Positions 50,880-62,025 are shown, counted from the stretch's first letter. The stretch is DNA of 64,000 nt from Trichormus sp. ATA11-4-KO1 (GCA_019358915.1 JAHHIM010000055.1:96001-160000), one strand, 5' to 3'. The notes: generated by a model from the letters alone, not told the origin. Translations and numbers: made by a program.

Positions 50880-52169
50880 TTGACATTTTATGATTACAAA
50901 ATGAGTTCTGAAAGACAAAGGTTGCTTGCTTCTTCTATTACAAGGCAGCAAGAATTAGAAAACATTCATCGTCAATTACAAGGGAATTCTACAAAAGAAA
51001 AAGTGGATGCTCTTTTAGATGCCTTTCAGTATGGGCAGCCAGGTATCGAGTTAATAAGTCAGGCATTAAATGATCATACCAGAGAAGTGCGGCAGTCAGC
51101 TTTTTTGCTGTTATCTGATTGCCATGAGGATATTGCTAGGCAAGCTATATGGAACTATCTCCCCTTTAAGAAAATGCAATGCTTGCATACCTTAACAAAT
51201 TTTAATTACTCTAACTTAGAACAACATCACCCGTATTATTTTGCAATTGCAAATTATAACAACACCCTCATTTGTTATTGGGATCTAAATTATAAGTATT
51301 CTGTTATCAATGTATGGGATTTAAAAACAGGGCAACAAAGAAGAAATTTGGAGTTAGATACTGCTCACGAATTTAGCTTAGGTAAAAATGGCAAGGTATC
51401 TGTTATCAGCTTTCAAGACTTAGTTTGGGTATTAGATACAGAGACACACAAGTTAATTAATGATGATTGTCCCGATTATTTTATTCATCCTATATTTCCT
51501 AATTCTCACTGTTTTACTGTTTGCCCAACGCAAAATCCCTTGCTGGCAATTGGCTCTACAATCGGCAGAAAAGGAGAATTTGAAGTTTGGAATTATGAAA
51601 CTCGCATTCGTCATTTTTCTTATCAATTTCAAGATATCGCTTTAATTACTCAATGGACAACATGGAATACCTTAGAAGTTCAGCGTTTACTTAATTCTGT
51701 TTCACCGCTTCTATTTACCCCAGATGGAAAATTTCTACTCGCACGTTTCCAGCAGCAAAAACACTGTATGCTCCAAATCTGGAACTTGGAGACAGGAAAT
51801 CTTCTTCAGCAGTTAGAAAATCTCCCTGTTTTAACAGTGCATTCACTTGCAATTGGTTCTGATGGGCAAGTCTTAGCTTGCGGAATACGAGAAAATCAGG
51901 TGTGCGTCTGGGAATTGTTGAGCGATCGCATCATTTATACCTTTTCAGGAGCCGCATCCTGTCTCATGAGTTTCAATGGTCGAATCTTAATTTACTGCAC
52001 AGATGATAATGAAATCATCGTTTGGGATTTAGCTCTAAACAGTAAACTATGTATATTACAGGGGCATAGCGCACCAATTGCTTATATTGCCATGAGCAAT
52101 GATTATGAATTTATTGCCAGCTATAGCATTGACAGATCAATTAAAATTTGGGGATTGGTCGGAGAGTAG
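50880..52169 (+). CDS. WD40-repeat protein with HEAT-like N-terminus
   Basis: Several xWD/xWN repeats, GHSAPI, IKIW. Confidence 0.85.
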   Translation: MTFYDYKMSSERQRLLASSITRQQELENIHRQLQGNSTKEKVDALLDAFQYGQPGIELISQALNDHTREVRQSAFLLLSDCHEDIARQAIWNYLPFKKMQCLHTLTNFNYSNLEQHHPYYFAIANYNNTLICYWDLNYKYSVINVWDLKTGQQRRNLELDTAHEFSLGKNGKVSVISFQDLVWVLDTETHKLINDDCPDYFIHPIFPNSHCFTVCPTQNPLLAIGSTIGRKGEFEVWNYETRIRHFSYQFQDIALITQWTTWNTLEVQRLLNSVSPLLFTPDGKFLLARFQQQKHCMLQIWNLETGNLLQQLENLPVLTVHSLAIGSDGQVLACGIRENQVCVWELLSDRIIYTFSGAASCLMSFNGRILIYCTDDNEIIVWDLALNSKLCILQGHSAPIAYIAMSNDYEFIASYSIDRSIKIWGLVGE

Positions 52170-52188
52170 CAAACTGTTTCGTCAACTT

Positions 52189-52398
52189 TCATTGCTTGTG
52201 TCGCTGCTGTTTGTAATCGTAATCTTCGTCATAGTCAATTGTCCCAAACAAATCCAGTATTTTCATCTGTTGACGACGTTTTACATATTCACGTAAAGCT
52301 TGTTCGACAACATCAAGTTCATTTTGTTGATTACTAAGAGCTAGAGCTTCTTGAATTAATGCTTCGTCGATTTGGAGGTCAACTGTCATGCACTTCAA
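52189..52398 (-). CDS. VapB-family antitoxin (toxin gene absent)
   Basis: LQIDEALIQEAL...ALREYV.RR.Q..ILDLFGTIDYD.DYDYK.QR. Confidence 0.8.
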   Translation of the reverse strand: MKCMTVDLQIDEALIQEALALSNQQNELDVVEQALREYVKRRQQMKILDLFGTIDYDEDYDYKQQRHKQ

Positions 52399-52602
52399 TA
52401 TTGATTGGCAGATTAGGTACTTTGTTATCTATATAATTATAAAGGATGGGTTAAAACTCCATTTTAAGGATGGTTGTAGCTGAAAATTCAGTTACTCATT
52501 TGCGGCGATCGCCTACAAAGAGTAGATAGGAAAAATGCTTTAAGAAACCTCAAAGTCAGAAACTTCAAGACAGGATTTCTTACTAAATGGGAGCAGACGC
52601 AT

Positions 52603-53088
52603 CTATTCCCCTACCAATGCTAATGCTTGATTGATCACGCGGTCAGATAAATACATTCCACATAGGCGCAATTGTTCTAAAATTGGACGTGCAGCCGGAA
52701 TTGCCCCTCGTTGTTTGGCAGTAATAATAATACCTAATGTCCCCCGTACAGGAATACCTAAAGTCACAGCACAACGACGGGCTGCTAAATCATCCAAAAT
52801 CACTTCCGTGCCAGGATTTATATAGCCCCAGGTCAGTACGGCTGACTCACCTTGACCCAAATCCCAGTTTTGAATAATGTTCGGCACAGGTGATGTTTCT
52901 TGTACAACTAACCAATCAGTATTATTGAGCGCAACTGCTGTTACGTCTGTTTCCCCATATTCCTGAATTTCTGTGGCTACAGCATTAGGAACAATAATCG
53001 ATGGGCTAATTAGGAGCAACAAATCGACAAAGCCGCCCTTAGTCAAAAAAATTAGTGGGGATGTGTTAATAGCAGGTAGTTCAGCCAC
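52603..53088 (-). CDS. DUF3368-family PIN protein
   Basis: NTSPLIFL, DLGQGE, ILDDLAAR, RGTLGI, G.YLS. Confidence 0.88.
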   Translation of the reverse strand: MAELPAINTSPLIFLTKGGFVDLLLLISPSIIVPNAVATEIQEYGETDVTAVALNNTDWLVVQETSPVPNIIQNWDLGQGESAVLTWGYINPGTEVILDDLAARRCAVTLGIPVRGTLGIIITAKQRGAIPAARPILEQLRLCGMYLSDRVINQALALVGE

Positions 53089-53332
53089 GGTTTAACTCGC
53101 GCTGCAAATCATCAAGGTCAACAGCAAAGACATCTACTTGTTCGCGGGCTAGAACAGCGAGAAAGTCTCGGCGGTTTAACCCAGCAACATTGGCTGCTTT
53201 CTCCATTGAAATTTCCTGCTTCTGATACCAGTAGATAGCAGCAGCTAGGCGCATATCGCGCACAAATTCTTCTGGAGTCAGGCGACGAGCGCTAAACACT
53301 TCTTCTGGCAGATTAATCGTGACTGACGACAT
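53081..53332 (-). CDS. UPF0175-family putative antitoxin
   Basis: AAI.WY....ISMEKAA.VAGL.R.DF. Confidence 0.88.
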   Translation of the reverse strand: MSSVTINLPEEVFSARRLTPEEFVRDMRLAAAIYWYQKQEISMEKAANVAGLNRRDFLAVLAREQVDVFAVDLDDLQRELNRG

Positions 53333-53499
53333 AAATTATGTCCTAAATAGTTAAGGCTTTTGTAGCTGCATCAATTCATGATATCAACCATTTTCGTCAA
53401 CTTTCACTGCTTGTGTCGCTGCTGTTTGTAGTAATAAATCATACATTTAGCTTTAAGTAAACACAAGAAGCGGAGCTAATTCGATAATTTAGCTATAAT

Positions 53500-54429
53500 A
53501 TGCAAATGTCATTACATCAAAGTTCTGGTCGCTGGCGTTTAGGTCTAGCATTATCGTTGTTGACCGTCTTTTTGTGGGGAATTCTACCGATAGCGCTAAC
53601 GGTAACGCTACAAACACTCAATATCTACACTATTATTTGGTTTCGCTTTTTGGTGTCATTTGCCCTGCTGGCTATTTATTTAGGGGTACGTGGTAAATTA
53701 CCAAAGTCAGAACAATTGCGTTCTACTTCTTGGAAACTGTTAGCGATCACTACACTATTCTTAGGATTTAATTACTTCCTATTTATGCAAGGTCTAGCGT
53801 TAACATCACCTGCTAACGCGGAAGTTTTAATTCAATTATCTACCTTACTATTAGGTTTAGGTGGTTTAGCAATTTTTCAAGAACATTATACACTGCGTCA
53901 ATGGCTCGGTGTCAGTATACTTACTTCTGGTTATATTGTATTTTTTCGTGAACAACTTACAAATTTAATTACAGCCCAAAGCACATATCTTTTTGGGAGT
54001 GCTTTAATTGCTTTGTCCGCAGCAGCTTGGGCTATTTATGCTTTGTCCCAAAAGCAATTACTGCAATCTTTATCCTCGGCTAACATTATGCTGATTATTT
54101 ATGGAGGATGTGCTTTATTATTCACGCCATTTGCGAAACCAGAAACAATTTTTACGCTGAATAACTTTCAGTTATTAATTTTACTATTTTGTGCTTTAAA
54201 TACCTTAATTGCTTATGGTGCATTTGCTGAATCATTAGAACATTGGGAAGCCTCAAGAGTAAGTGCAGTATTAGCTTTAGCTCCTATTATTACTTTAATC
54301 TCAGTTGAACTTGTATCAGTAATTACACCTTCTCTAATTCCCGCAGAACACCTCACCATAATTAGTATATTAGGTGCATGTTTAGTAGTAGCTGGTTCAG
54401 TAGCGATCGCCTTAGGAAAAACTGATTAA
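53500..54429 (+). CDS. DMT/EamA-family transporter
   Basis: About 10 TM helices in two EamA halves. Confidence 0.9.
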   Translation: MQMSLHQSSGRWRLGLALSLLTVFLWGILPIALTVTLQTLNIYTIIWFRFLVSFALLAIYLGVRGKLPKSEQLRSTSWKLLAITTLFLGFNYFLFMQGLALTSPANAEVLIQLSTLLLGLGGLAIFQEHYTLRQWLGVSILTSGYIVFFREQLTNLITAQSTYLFGSALIALSAAAWAIYALSQKQLLQSLSSANIMLIIYGGCALLFTPFAKPETIFTLNNFQLLILLFCALNTLIAYGAFAESLEHWEASRVSAVLALAPIITLISVELVSVITPSLIPAEHLTIISILGACLVVAGSVAIALGKTD

Positions 54430-55083
54430 TTATTTTTAAAGTTACACTTCAATACTGAGGCAGGGTCATTTGGTATTTGTTATCATTTCATAATGACTGC
54501 AAGCTAGTGGGTGAATATCCTACTAAGTGAATCTCTGCTCTACCTATGTTGACAATACCAATTCGTAATTCAGAAATTTAGCTTTCATTGGGATTTTCAG
54601 GTTGGCATCTGTAGCTTGATTTTCAAAGAATTGGTATTAAGCACATTTAAATATTTAGCTTGTAATCAAGAGAAAAATTTCCGAAAAATCTATAAGACGA
54701 AGGCAAGCAATATTAACTGACAGCAATTTTTAGACCAGTAGTCTATACGGTAGAGATGAAAGATTTTTCGCCACTACGAAAGATTGTGGTGCAAATATTA
54801 CTCATATCTTGTACCAGCTCAATCTCCCGCCAAGAAATAAATTTCTTGGCTAATAGCCCAAGTCCACTAAAGTAGACTGAAACCTATGCTATCAGAAGGA
54901 TTTGTTTATTCCTCTAACCTTCGGGAACACTTCGCGTACAAAGGACTTTAGCTATTAGCCATAGTGTCTAACCTATGGCGGTTTTTGAGGCTGGTACAAA
55001 TATGATGCTGTGATTGTTCAGGGTTTCTGCATAACTACCAAAGCCAACGCCTAGTGAAACAACATCACCGAAACAGTTGAGCG

Positions 55084-56862
55084 ATGAATAGTTTGTTTGG
55101 TAATTGTACAAGCACCCTGAGAAAAAATTCGCTCTTGCTGATTCTTTCAATACTGCTGACGCTGGGAATTAGTACTTCTATGATGGCAGCTGAGCGAATT
55201 TATGCATCTTTTTCAGCTATAGAAATGTCGATTTCTGTGACTGCTTTAGAAAATTACGCTAAAGACGGTGTAATTGATGATGAATTAGCCATTTATCAGC
55301 AATATCTGCCATCAAAACAGTTTGAAGAATTACAGGGAATTTTACTCACTCCTGTAAAAGTGAGTCCAGTAGTGGTTTCCCAATTTCTCTACACACCTCA
55401 AGGCGAATTGCTGCTGCGCCGTTTAGCAGCAGCAATTAAAACTGAATCTCAACGACCACAAAAAGCATTTCATGCCTTAAGGTCAGCATTAATTTCAGCT
55501 GCTGCTGAACCGGGAGGTTTAACTTTATTAAATTTGTTACGGAAATATCCCTACAGCAGCATCCACATCGATTTAAGGCGTAGCTTCGCCATAGCTGGGG
55601 AACTAGAAAAGGTGATTAATGAAACTAATCGCGCGATCGCCGCAGTTACCAAAAAGTCTAATATAGAAGCTGCGACTATCCCCAAACCATTGAATTTCTG
55701 GCAATTAGCGGATTTACAGGGACAGGGACAGGGACAATTTCAGCCACGAAAATACACCCTGAAGTTTTTTGACTCGACACGCAATCGACAATTGTTGACT
55801 GATGTTTACCTTCCCCATGTCCCAAGTCCCGCACCTGTAATCGTGATTTCTCATGGCTTGGGTACAGATAGCAGCAACTTTGAATATTTAGCCACACATT
55901 TAGCTTCCCACGGATTGGCTGTAGTTGTACCCAATCATCCGGGTAGCGATGCTAAACAATTACAATCATCGTTGCATGAACAAGCCAGTGAAGTCATAGA
56001 ACCAGATGAATTTCTAGACCGACCCTTAGATGTCAAGTATGTATTAAATCAACTGGAGAAAAGTAACCAGTATGATTCACGTTTTCGGGGACGATTAAAT
56101 CTGCAACAAGTGGGAGTCTTTGGTCAATCTTTAGGCGGCTACACAGCTTTAGCTTTGGCCGGCGCTAAGATTAACTTTGAGCAACTAGAACAAGACTGTC
56201 AACCAGAGGCGCTGCAAAAAAGCTGGAATATGTCTTTACTCTTTCAATGTCGCGCTTTGCCATTAAATCACAGCAAGTCCAGCCCAGAGTATAACTTGCA
56301 GGATGAAAGAATCAAAGCCGCGATCGCAGTTAACCCCATCACTAGCTCAATTTTTGGTGAAGCTGGTTTAAGTCAAATTCAAACTCCTGTAATGATTGTT
56401 AGTAGTAGTGATGATACCGTTGCACCAGCTTTATACGAGCAAATTTTGCCATTCTCCTGGTTGACAAATTCCCCAAAGTATCTCGTTATGCTCTTAGGTG
56501 GAACCCACTTTTCCACCATTGGTGAGGGAAACCCTACAAGCCAGCAAGTACCATTACCTGCTGATGTCGTTGGTGATACTTCCCAAGCGCGTTATTACAT
56601 GAATGTATTGAGTTTATCTTTCTACCAAACATACGTTGCAGGTAAATCACAATATATCTCTTACCTCAACGCCGCTTATGCCAAAAATATTTCTAGTCAG
56701 TCTCTCGGTTTGAGTATTATCCAATCTCTCAGCCAAAGTGAATTAGCACAAGCGCTGGGTCGTGACCCCTCAAAACCAAAGTTTCCCAACCCCATAGTCA
56801 ATTTTGGATTTTGGATGTTAGATGTTGGCATTGCCATGCTGTATGTGACAATTTTTCTCTAA
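55084..56862 (+). CDS. DUF1400 + alpha/beta hydrolase
   Basis: AERIY N-domain; ISHGLG, GQSLGG, GTHFS. Confidence 0.88.
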   Translation: MNSLFGNCTSTLRKNSLLLILSILLTLGISTSMMAAERIYASFSAIEMSISVTALENYAKDGVIDDELAIYQQYLPSKQFEELQGILLTPVKVSPVVVSQFLYTPQGELLLRRLAAAIKTESQRPQKAFHALRSALISAAAEPGGLTLLNLLRKYPYSSIHIDLRRSFAIAGELEKVINETNRAIAAVTKKSNIEAATIPKPLNFWQLADLQGQGQGQFQPRKYTLKFFDSTRNRQLLTDVYLPHVPSPAPVIVISHGLGTDSSNFEYLATHLASHGLAVVVPNHPGSDAKQLQSSLHEQASEVIEPDEFLDRPLDVKYVLNQLEKSNQYDSRFRGRLNLQQVGVFGQSLGGYTALALAGAKINFEQLEQDCQPEALQKSWNMSLLFQCRALPLNHSKSSPEYNLQDERIKAAIAVNPITSSIFGEAGLSQIQTPVMIVSSSDDTVAPALYEQILPFSWLTNSPKYLVMLLGGTHFSTIGEGNPTSQQVPLPADVVGDTSQARYYMNVLSLSFYQTYVAGKSQYISYLNAAYAKNISSQSLGLSIIQSLSQSELAQALGRDPSKPKFPNPIVNFGFWMLDVGIAMLYVTIFL

Positions 56863-57208
56863 GCTACATCTTCACCATCATCCTTGTCAGAGGCAAAAAT
56901 ACCTGTTTACTTCCTGACAATCAGCATTCTGTACTATTTAAATTCCTTCTCTTTAAATGTCACAAATTTGTCATGGAATGGCTCAAATTTGACTGTGCAG
57001 GCCAATTCGTGGTATTTGCCCCGTCGTCCTGACCGAAATTCCATGAATTGTTCTGGTTCCTCACCTTTTAAATACACAGCCGTGTTTACTGGCGATTTAA
57101 CCAAGGTCAACTCAGCTTCAGCTATTAACTGTAGTTAGATAATTATCTTTTAAGAAATGTGACATTTAATTGCGTTATTGTAAAAATCAGCTTTCCATCA
57201 GTTGATTT

Positions 57209-59455
57209 ATGAGCCAGTCTGAAGATACTTCTGCCCAAACCACTTCTCTGACTAACCACGATCGCACACCAATTCACATACCTGGCTCTATTCAACCTCA
57301 TGGCGTACTACTGGCACTCAATAACCAGCTAGAGATACTGCAAGTTAGCAGCAATACTCAAGAGTACTTGGGTAAAGAGCCAGAAGATTTGCTCGGTCAA
57401 CCTTTAAACTGCTTGCTTGATGCTCGACAAGTTGCAATCATTAAGCAGTGCTTGGGTAAAAAAATTGGCAGTGCTAAGACTTTTAAGGTATCAATATTAA
57501 CTTCAAGTGGTGAACGTTACTTTGATGGCATTGTTCATCGGACAACAGAGGCTGTAATTCTGGAACTAGAACCAAATAATTCTGAATCTGAGTTGAGTTT
57601 CTTGGGCTTCCAGGCTTTGGCAGGTGAGGCGATCGCCAAAATGCAAGAGGCATCAAGTCTGGCAGAATGTTTGCATCTAGTGGCCGGAAAAATACGAAAT
57701 ATTACTGAAGCTGATCGAGTATTAGTGTATCAATTTGACAAACAGGGATCTGGTTCTGTAATTGCCGAAGTTAAACGTGAAGATTTATCACCTTATTTAG
57801 GACTCCACTATCCCAATACAGATATTCCGGCACAAGCAAGGGAATTATACAGACGTTGCTTCCTGCGATTCATCCCCGATTTGAATGCTCGACTTGTCCC
57901 CTTAATTCCTAGAGACAATCCCATCACACAACAGCCTCTTGACTTAAGTTATTCTCTGCTACGAAGTTTTGATTCATGTTGTGTTGAATATCATCAAAAC
58001 ATGGGAGTAACCTCTCTTTTAGTTATTTCACTGATTCGAGAGCAGCAGCTTTGGGGATTAATATCCTGCCATCATCAAACACCGAAGTATCTTCCTTACG
58101 AAGTGCAGAAGATGTGCGAATTCTTGGGACAGATTGCATCTTCAGAGTTAGCACACAAAATTAGTCATTCGGAATGGGACTATAAAGTCAAGCTCAAAGC
58201 GCTACAGTCTGAGTTCCTAGAGTCTATTTCCCAAGCCGACAATTTTATAGATGCTTTAATCAAACCAGAAATCCGCCTGCTGGATCTTGTTAGTGCCTCT
58301 GGAGCCGCAGTTTGTCTAGATCATGAAATTACCCTAGTGGGAACAACACCAGATATTGATCAGGTGCGGACGCTAATTGAATGGGCAGATTCCCAAGTTA
58401 ACGACAATCTATTTTCCACTGATTCTCTACCGAAACTTTACCCAGAGGCGGCTGCATTCAAAGATACTGCCAGTGGCTTGTTGCTACTACGAATTTCTAA
58501 AATTCGGCGCTATTACATCCTGTGGTTTCGCCCCGAAGTTATCCAAACTGTAAATTGGGCAGGAAATCCCAACGACTCGATCAAAGTTGAGGCAGATGGT
58601 AGTGTAACTCTTTGTCCGAGAACATCTTTTGCCCAATGGCAAGAAACGGTGCGCTTGACTTCCCTACCTTGGCAAACGTGTGAACTTGACAGCGCCCTAG
58701 CTCTGAGGAATGCGATCGTGGGTATTGTCCTTTCTAAAGCGGATGAGTTAGCCAAAATCAACTGGGAATTAGAACGCAGCAACAAAGAATTAGCCTCCTT
58801 TGCCTACGCCGCTTCACATGACCTCAAAGAACCTCTGCGGGGTATCTATAACTTCTCGACAGTGCTACTGGAAGACTACAGTCAAATACTCGATGATGAC
58901 GGGATTGAGTGCTTGCAAACAGTCGTATCTTTGTCTGTGCGGATGGAAACTCTGATTAATTCTCTGCTGCGGCTCTCACAGTTAGGACAAGCACAACTGC
59001 GCCTGCAAATGAATGACCTCAACGAATTGCTCAACCAAGTGATTGAAGTCTTTGGTGCTAGTCGTCAAGACTTTCAATTGGTGAATATTCGGATTTCTCG
59101 ACCTTTGCCGATAATTCAGTGTGACCGAGTTCTCGTCAACGAGGTTTTCAGTAACTTGATTGGCAATGCTTTTAAATACAACGATAAGGCAGAGCCATGG
59201 GTTGAGATTGGCTACCTAAATGCAGATGAGCATCCCCTGGTCTTTTATGTCCGGGATAACGGCATTGGCATTCCAGAGCATCACCTAGAAACTATCTTCC
59301 GGCTCTTTAAGCGGCTTCATTCCCAAGAAAAGTACGGCGGGGGAGCAGGTGCGGGACTAGCTATTGTTAAGAAAATTGTTGAGCTTCACGACGGTCGAAT
59401 TTGGGTGGAGTCTACCGTGGGCGTTGGCTCGACGTTCTATTTTACGCTGGGATAG
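57209..59455 (+). CDS. Phytochrome histidine kinase (PAS-GAF-PHY-HisKA-HATPase)
   Basis: PIHIPGSIQPHG, DIP, LWGLISCHH, PRTSF, SHDLKEPL. Confidence 0.93.
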   Translation: MSQSEDTSAQTTSLTNHDRTPIHIPGSIQPHGVLLALNNQLEILQVSSNTQEYLGKEPEDLLGQPLNCLLDARQVAIIKQCLGKKIGSAKTFKVSILTSSGERYFDGIVHRTTEAVILELEPNNSESELSFLGFQALAGEAIAKMQEASSLAECLHLVAGKIRNITEADRVLVYQFDKQGSGSVIAEVKREDLSPYLGLHYPNTDIPAQARELYRRCFLRFIPDLNARLVPLIPRDNPITQQPLDLSYSLLRSFDSCCVEYHQNMGVTSLLVISLIREQQLWGLISCHHQTPKYLPYEVQKMCEFLGQIASSELAHKISHSEWDYKVKLKALQSEFLESISQADNFIDALIKPEIRLLDLVSASGAAVCLDHEITLVGTTPDIDQVRTLIEWADSQVNDNLFSTDSLPKLYPEAAAFKDTASGLLLLRISKIRRYYILWFRPEVIQTVNWAGNPNDSIKVEADGSVTLCPRTSFAQWQETVRLTSLPWQTCELDSALALRNAIVGIVLSKADELAKINWELERSNKELASFAYAASHDLKEPLRGIYNFSTVLLEDYSQILDDDGIECLQTVVSLSVRMETLINSLLRLSQLGQAQLRLQMNDLNELLNQVIEVFGASRQDFQLVNIRISRPLPIIQCDRVLVNEVFSNLIGNAFKYNDKAEPWVEIGYLNADEHPLVFYVRDNGIGIPEHHLETIFRLFKRLHSQEKYGGGAGAGLAIVKKIVELHDGRIWVESTVGVGSTFYFTLG

Positions 59456-59508
59456 TTTACAATAATTAAAAAAAAATATTTCGTTTTGTTACGTTTATCC
59501 GACAAAGA

Positions 59509-59958
59509 ATGACAACAAAACTTCATGAACCCCTGCTCGTTGTTGAGGATAGCAATGAAGATTTTCGGATGCTACAACGCCTCATGCGGCGGATGGCTGT
59601 CCAAAACCCCATACATCGCTGTACTAATGGGGATGAGGTTCTAGAGTTGCTCTATCAAAAGGGGAGCGCTCACAACCCTAAAGCAACCCTAAGACCTTCT
59701 GTTATTTTACTCGACCTCAATTTACCAGGAATTGATGGACGTGACATCCTAGAGCGGCTCAAGCAAGACAGAAGTTTCCGGGAAATTCCCATTGTGGTTT
59801 TTACCACATCATCTAACCCCAAGGATGTGGAATTATGCTACCAAAAAGGCGCAAATGGGTATTTAGTCAAGCCGATGGATGCTGAGGAACTAAAAAAGAC
59901 CATTCAGGCCTTCGTAGACTACTGGCTTGAAGCCAATACCCCGCCAGTCTTGGATTAA
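59509..59958 (+). CDS. Rcp-type single-domain response regulator
   Basis: VEDS, LLDLNLPG, TTS, YLVKP; follows phytochrome. Confidence 0.93.
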   Translation: MTTKLHEPLLVVEDSNEDFRMLQRLMRRMAVQNPIHRCTNGDEVLELLYQKGSAHNPKATLRPSVILLDLNLPGIDGRDILERLKQDRSFREIPIVVFTTSSNPKDVELCYQKGANGYLVKPMDAEELKKTIQAFVDYWLEANTPPVLD

Positions 59959-60253
59959 TTTGTGTATTTTCTGTTGATGCAGCAGTAGAGACAAAAGGAT
60001 AACAACAGGCAAGAGTGAGAAGACACAAAGACGTTTTTCTCTGCGATTCACTGTGTCTTTTTGTCTTGCCTAGATTCATTGCTACCATTTTTATTTTTTA
60101 CTGCCTTGTGTCACTTTATAACCTTGTGTCACTTTATAATTAGTTAAGAAATTAGATTTTATTTATATTTATTTTATATTATTTTTAGAATTATGCAAGA
60201 AAACACAATCAGGATAAAAGGGATCTATATGGCTCCCCGATCCTCATACTCTT

Positions 60254-61903
60254 ATGTTGGACACATGGACGCTACTCATCATCGATGATTGTGCAGCAGA
60301 TCGAAAAATCTATCGCCGATATCTTTTGAAAGATCCGCACCAGTCTTACCGAATTTTGGAGGCTGACTGTGCAGAAGATGGGCTGGCCTTGTGTCAGAAG
60401 ATGCACTGCGATGTAATTCTGCTCGATTTTTGCTTACCTGATATGAGTGGATTAGAACTGTTCGATCAGTTAAAGCAGAAAATATTTGAGACTGCCGTTC
60501 CTGTGATTATGTTGACAGGACGCGGAGATGAAGAGGTGGCTGTGCAAGCAATGAAACGAGGTGCTTTAGATTATTTGGTGAAGCAACACCTGACATCGGA
60601 TGTATTGCAACTTGCTGTCCGCAATGCCATTAAGCAATCGTACTTGCAAACTCAATTAAGTAAAACTCAGGAAAGACAGCGTCTAATTGCTACAACTGCG
60701 CTGCGAATTCGTCAATCTCTAAATCTAGAGCAAATTTTGAATACAGCCGTAGCCGAAGTTCAGCAACTTCTCAAATGCGATCGCGTGATGGTATATCAGT
60801 TTGCCGCAGATAAAAGCGGTAAAATTGTTGCTTCCTCGGTTGAATTATGTTTAGGGACAAGGGAATGGGGACAAGGAGATGGGGAGATGGGGGGACTAGG
60901 GGACAAGGGAAGACCCCAATCACTAATACCTAATTTCCAATCCCTCATCCCCTACGTCTATGAGATGGGCTTAAGTAATTGTGTCACCATTAAAGAAGAA
61001 TTTAATACCAAAGCAAATTTAGTAGTTCCCATTAATTTAAGTAATAATGGCAACCCCGATCCTAAGCTTTGGGGTTTGTTGATTGCTTCCCACAATTCAG
61101 ATGAGCCACAGTGGCATACTGATGATGTGGAAATGCTCTATGAAGTATCAATACAGCTAGCGATCGCTATCCAACAAGCTGAATTGTTAGCGCAAACTCA
61201 AGCAGCATTACAGAAAGAAAAGCAACTCAACATATTTAAATCTCAAATCATTGCCACAGTTTCTCACGAGTGTCGCACCCCATTAACTTCGATTTTGGCG
61301 GCTGCATCAACTTTGGTAAAACATAGCCAGCAGCTAGATGATAGCAAACAACAAAGATTTCAGCGCATCATTGAGCAGAAAGCTAGGTATATGTCCAAAC
61401 TCGTGGATAATATGCTGTTGGTGAACCAATTTGAACTGGACAAAGCCAAGTTTAAACCAATGCCGTTGGATTTACTGCCATTTTTCTCTGACCTCATAGA
61501 TCAAGAACGAGAAGCAATAGGCGAACGTCACGAATTAGTGTTCAAAATTACTGGAAATATCAAAAGCTTCTGGGGCGATCGCGGACTTTTACAACAAATA
61601 TTTATTAACTTAATTTCCAACGCCATTAAATACTCCCCCGCAGGCGGTACTGTAGAATTTCATCTCATCGGCAAAGAATCACAAGTAATCTTCCACATCA
61701 AAGATGAAGGAATTGGCATACCGATAGCAGATCAAAAAAATTTGTTTCAATCCTTCAGTCGTGGTAGTAACGTAGACACCATTCCCGGTACAGGTTTGGG
61801 ACTAGCGATCGCTAAAGCTTGTGTAGAGTTACATGGTGGCACCATTACCTTATCCAGTAAAGTAGGACAAGGAACCACATTCACAGTCAGCTTACCAAAA
61901 TAA
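60254..61903 (+). CDS. Hybrid histidine kinase (REC-GAF-HisKA-HATPase)
   Basis: IIDD/LLDF/LVK receiver, GAF, SHECRTPL, NAIKYS, GTGLGL. Confidence 0.92.
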   Translation: MLDTWTLLIIDDCAADRKIYRRYLLKDPHQSYRILEADCAEDGLALCQKMHCDVILLDFCLPDMSGLELFDQLKQKIFETAVPVIMLTGRGDEEVAVQAMKRGALDYLVKQHLTSDVLQLAVRNAIKQSYLQTQLSKTQERQRLIATTALRIRQSLNLEQILNTAVAEVQQLLKCDRVMVYQFAADKSGKIVASSVELCLGTREWGQGDGEMGGLGDKGRPQSLIPNFQSLIPYVYEMGLSNCVTIKEEFNTKANLVVPINLSNNGNPDPKLWGLLIASHNSDEPQWHTDDVEMLYEVSIQLAIAIQQAELLAQTQAALQKEKQLNIFKSQIIATVSHECRTPLTSILAAASTLVKHSQQLDDSKQQRFQRIIEQKARYMSKLVDNMLLVNQFELDKAKFKPMPLDLLPFFSDLIDQEREAIGERHELVFKITGNIKSFWGDRGLLQQIFINLISNAIKYSPAGGTVEFHLIGKESQVIFHIKDEGIGIPIADQKNLFQSFSRGSNVDTIPGTGLGLAIAKACVELHGGTITLSSKVGQGTTFTVSLPK

Positions 61904-61910
61904 CCTAATC

Positions 61911-62019
61911 TGAGTGCTGAGTGCCTTTCTGAGTGCTGAGTGCTGAGTGCTGAGTGCTGAGTAAGGAATTATTATTTATCCCTATTCCCCATTCCCCAAT
62001 CTCCAATCCCCACTCCCCA
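61911..62019. repeat. Heptamer short tandem repeats (STRR)
   Basis: (TGAGTGC)n followed by CCCC(A/T)(A/T)T-type heptamers. Confidence 0.8.
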
Positions 62020-62025
62020 ATTACT

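Noticed and set aside
54556..54962. Novel ncRNA in the DMT-hydrolase intergenic region
   Set aside because: Inverted-repeat segments look like common Nostocales dispersed repeats; no promoter or unique structure identified
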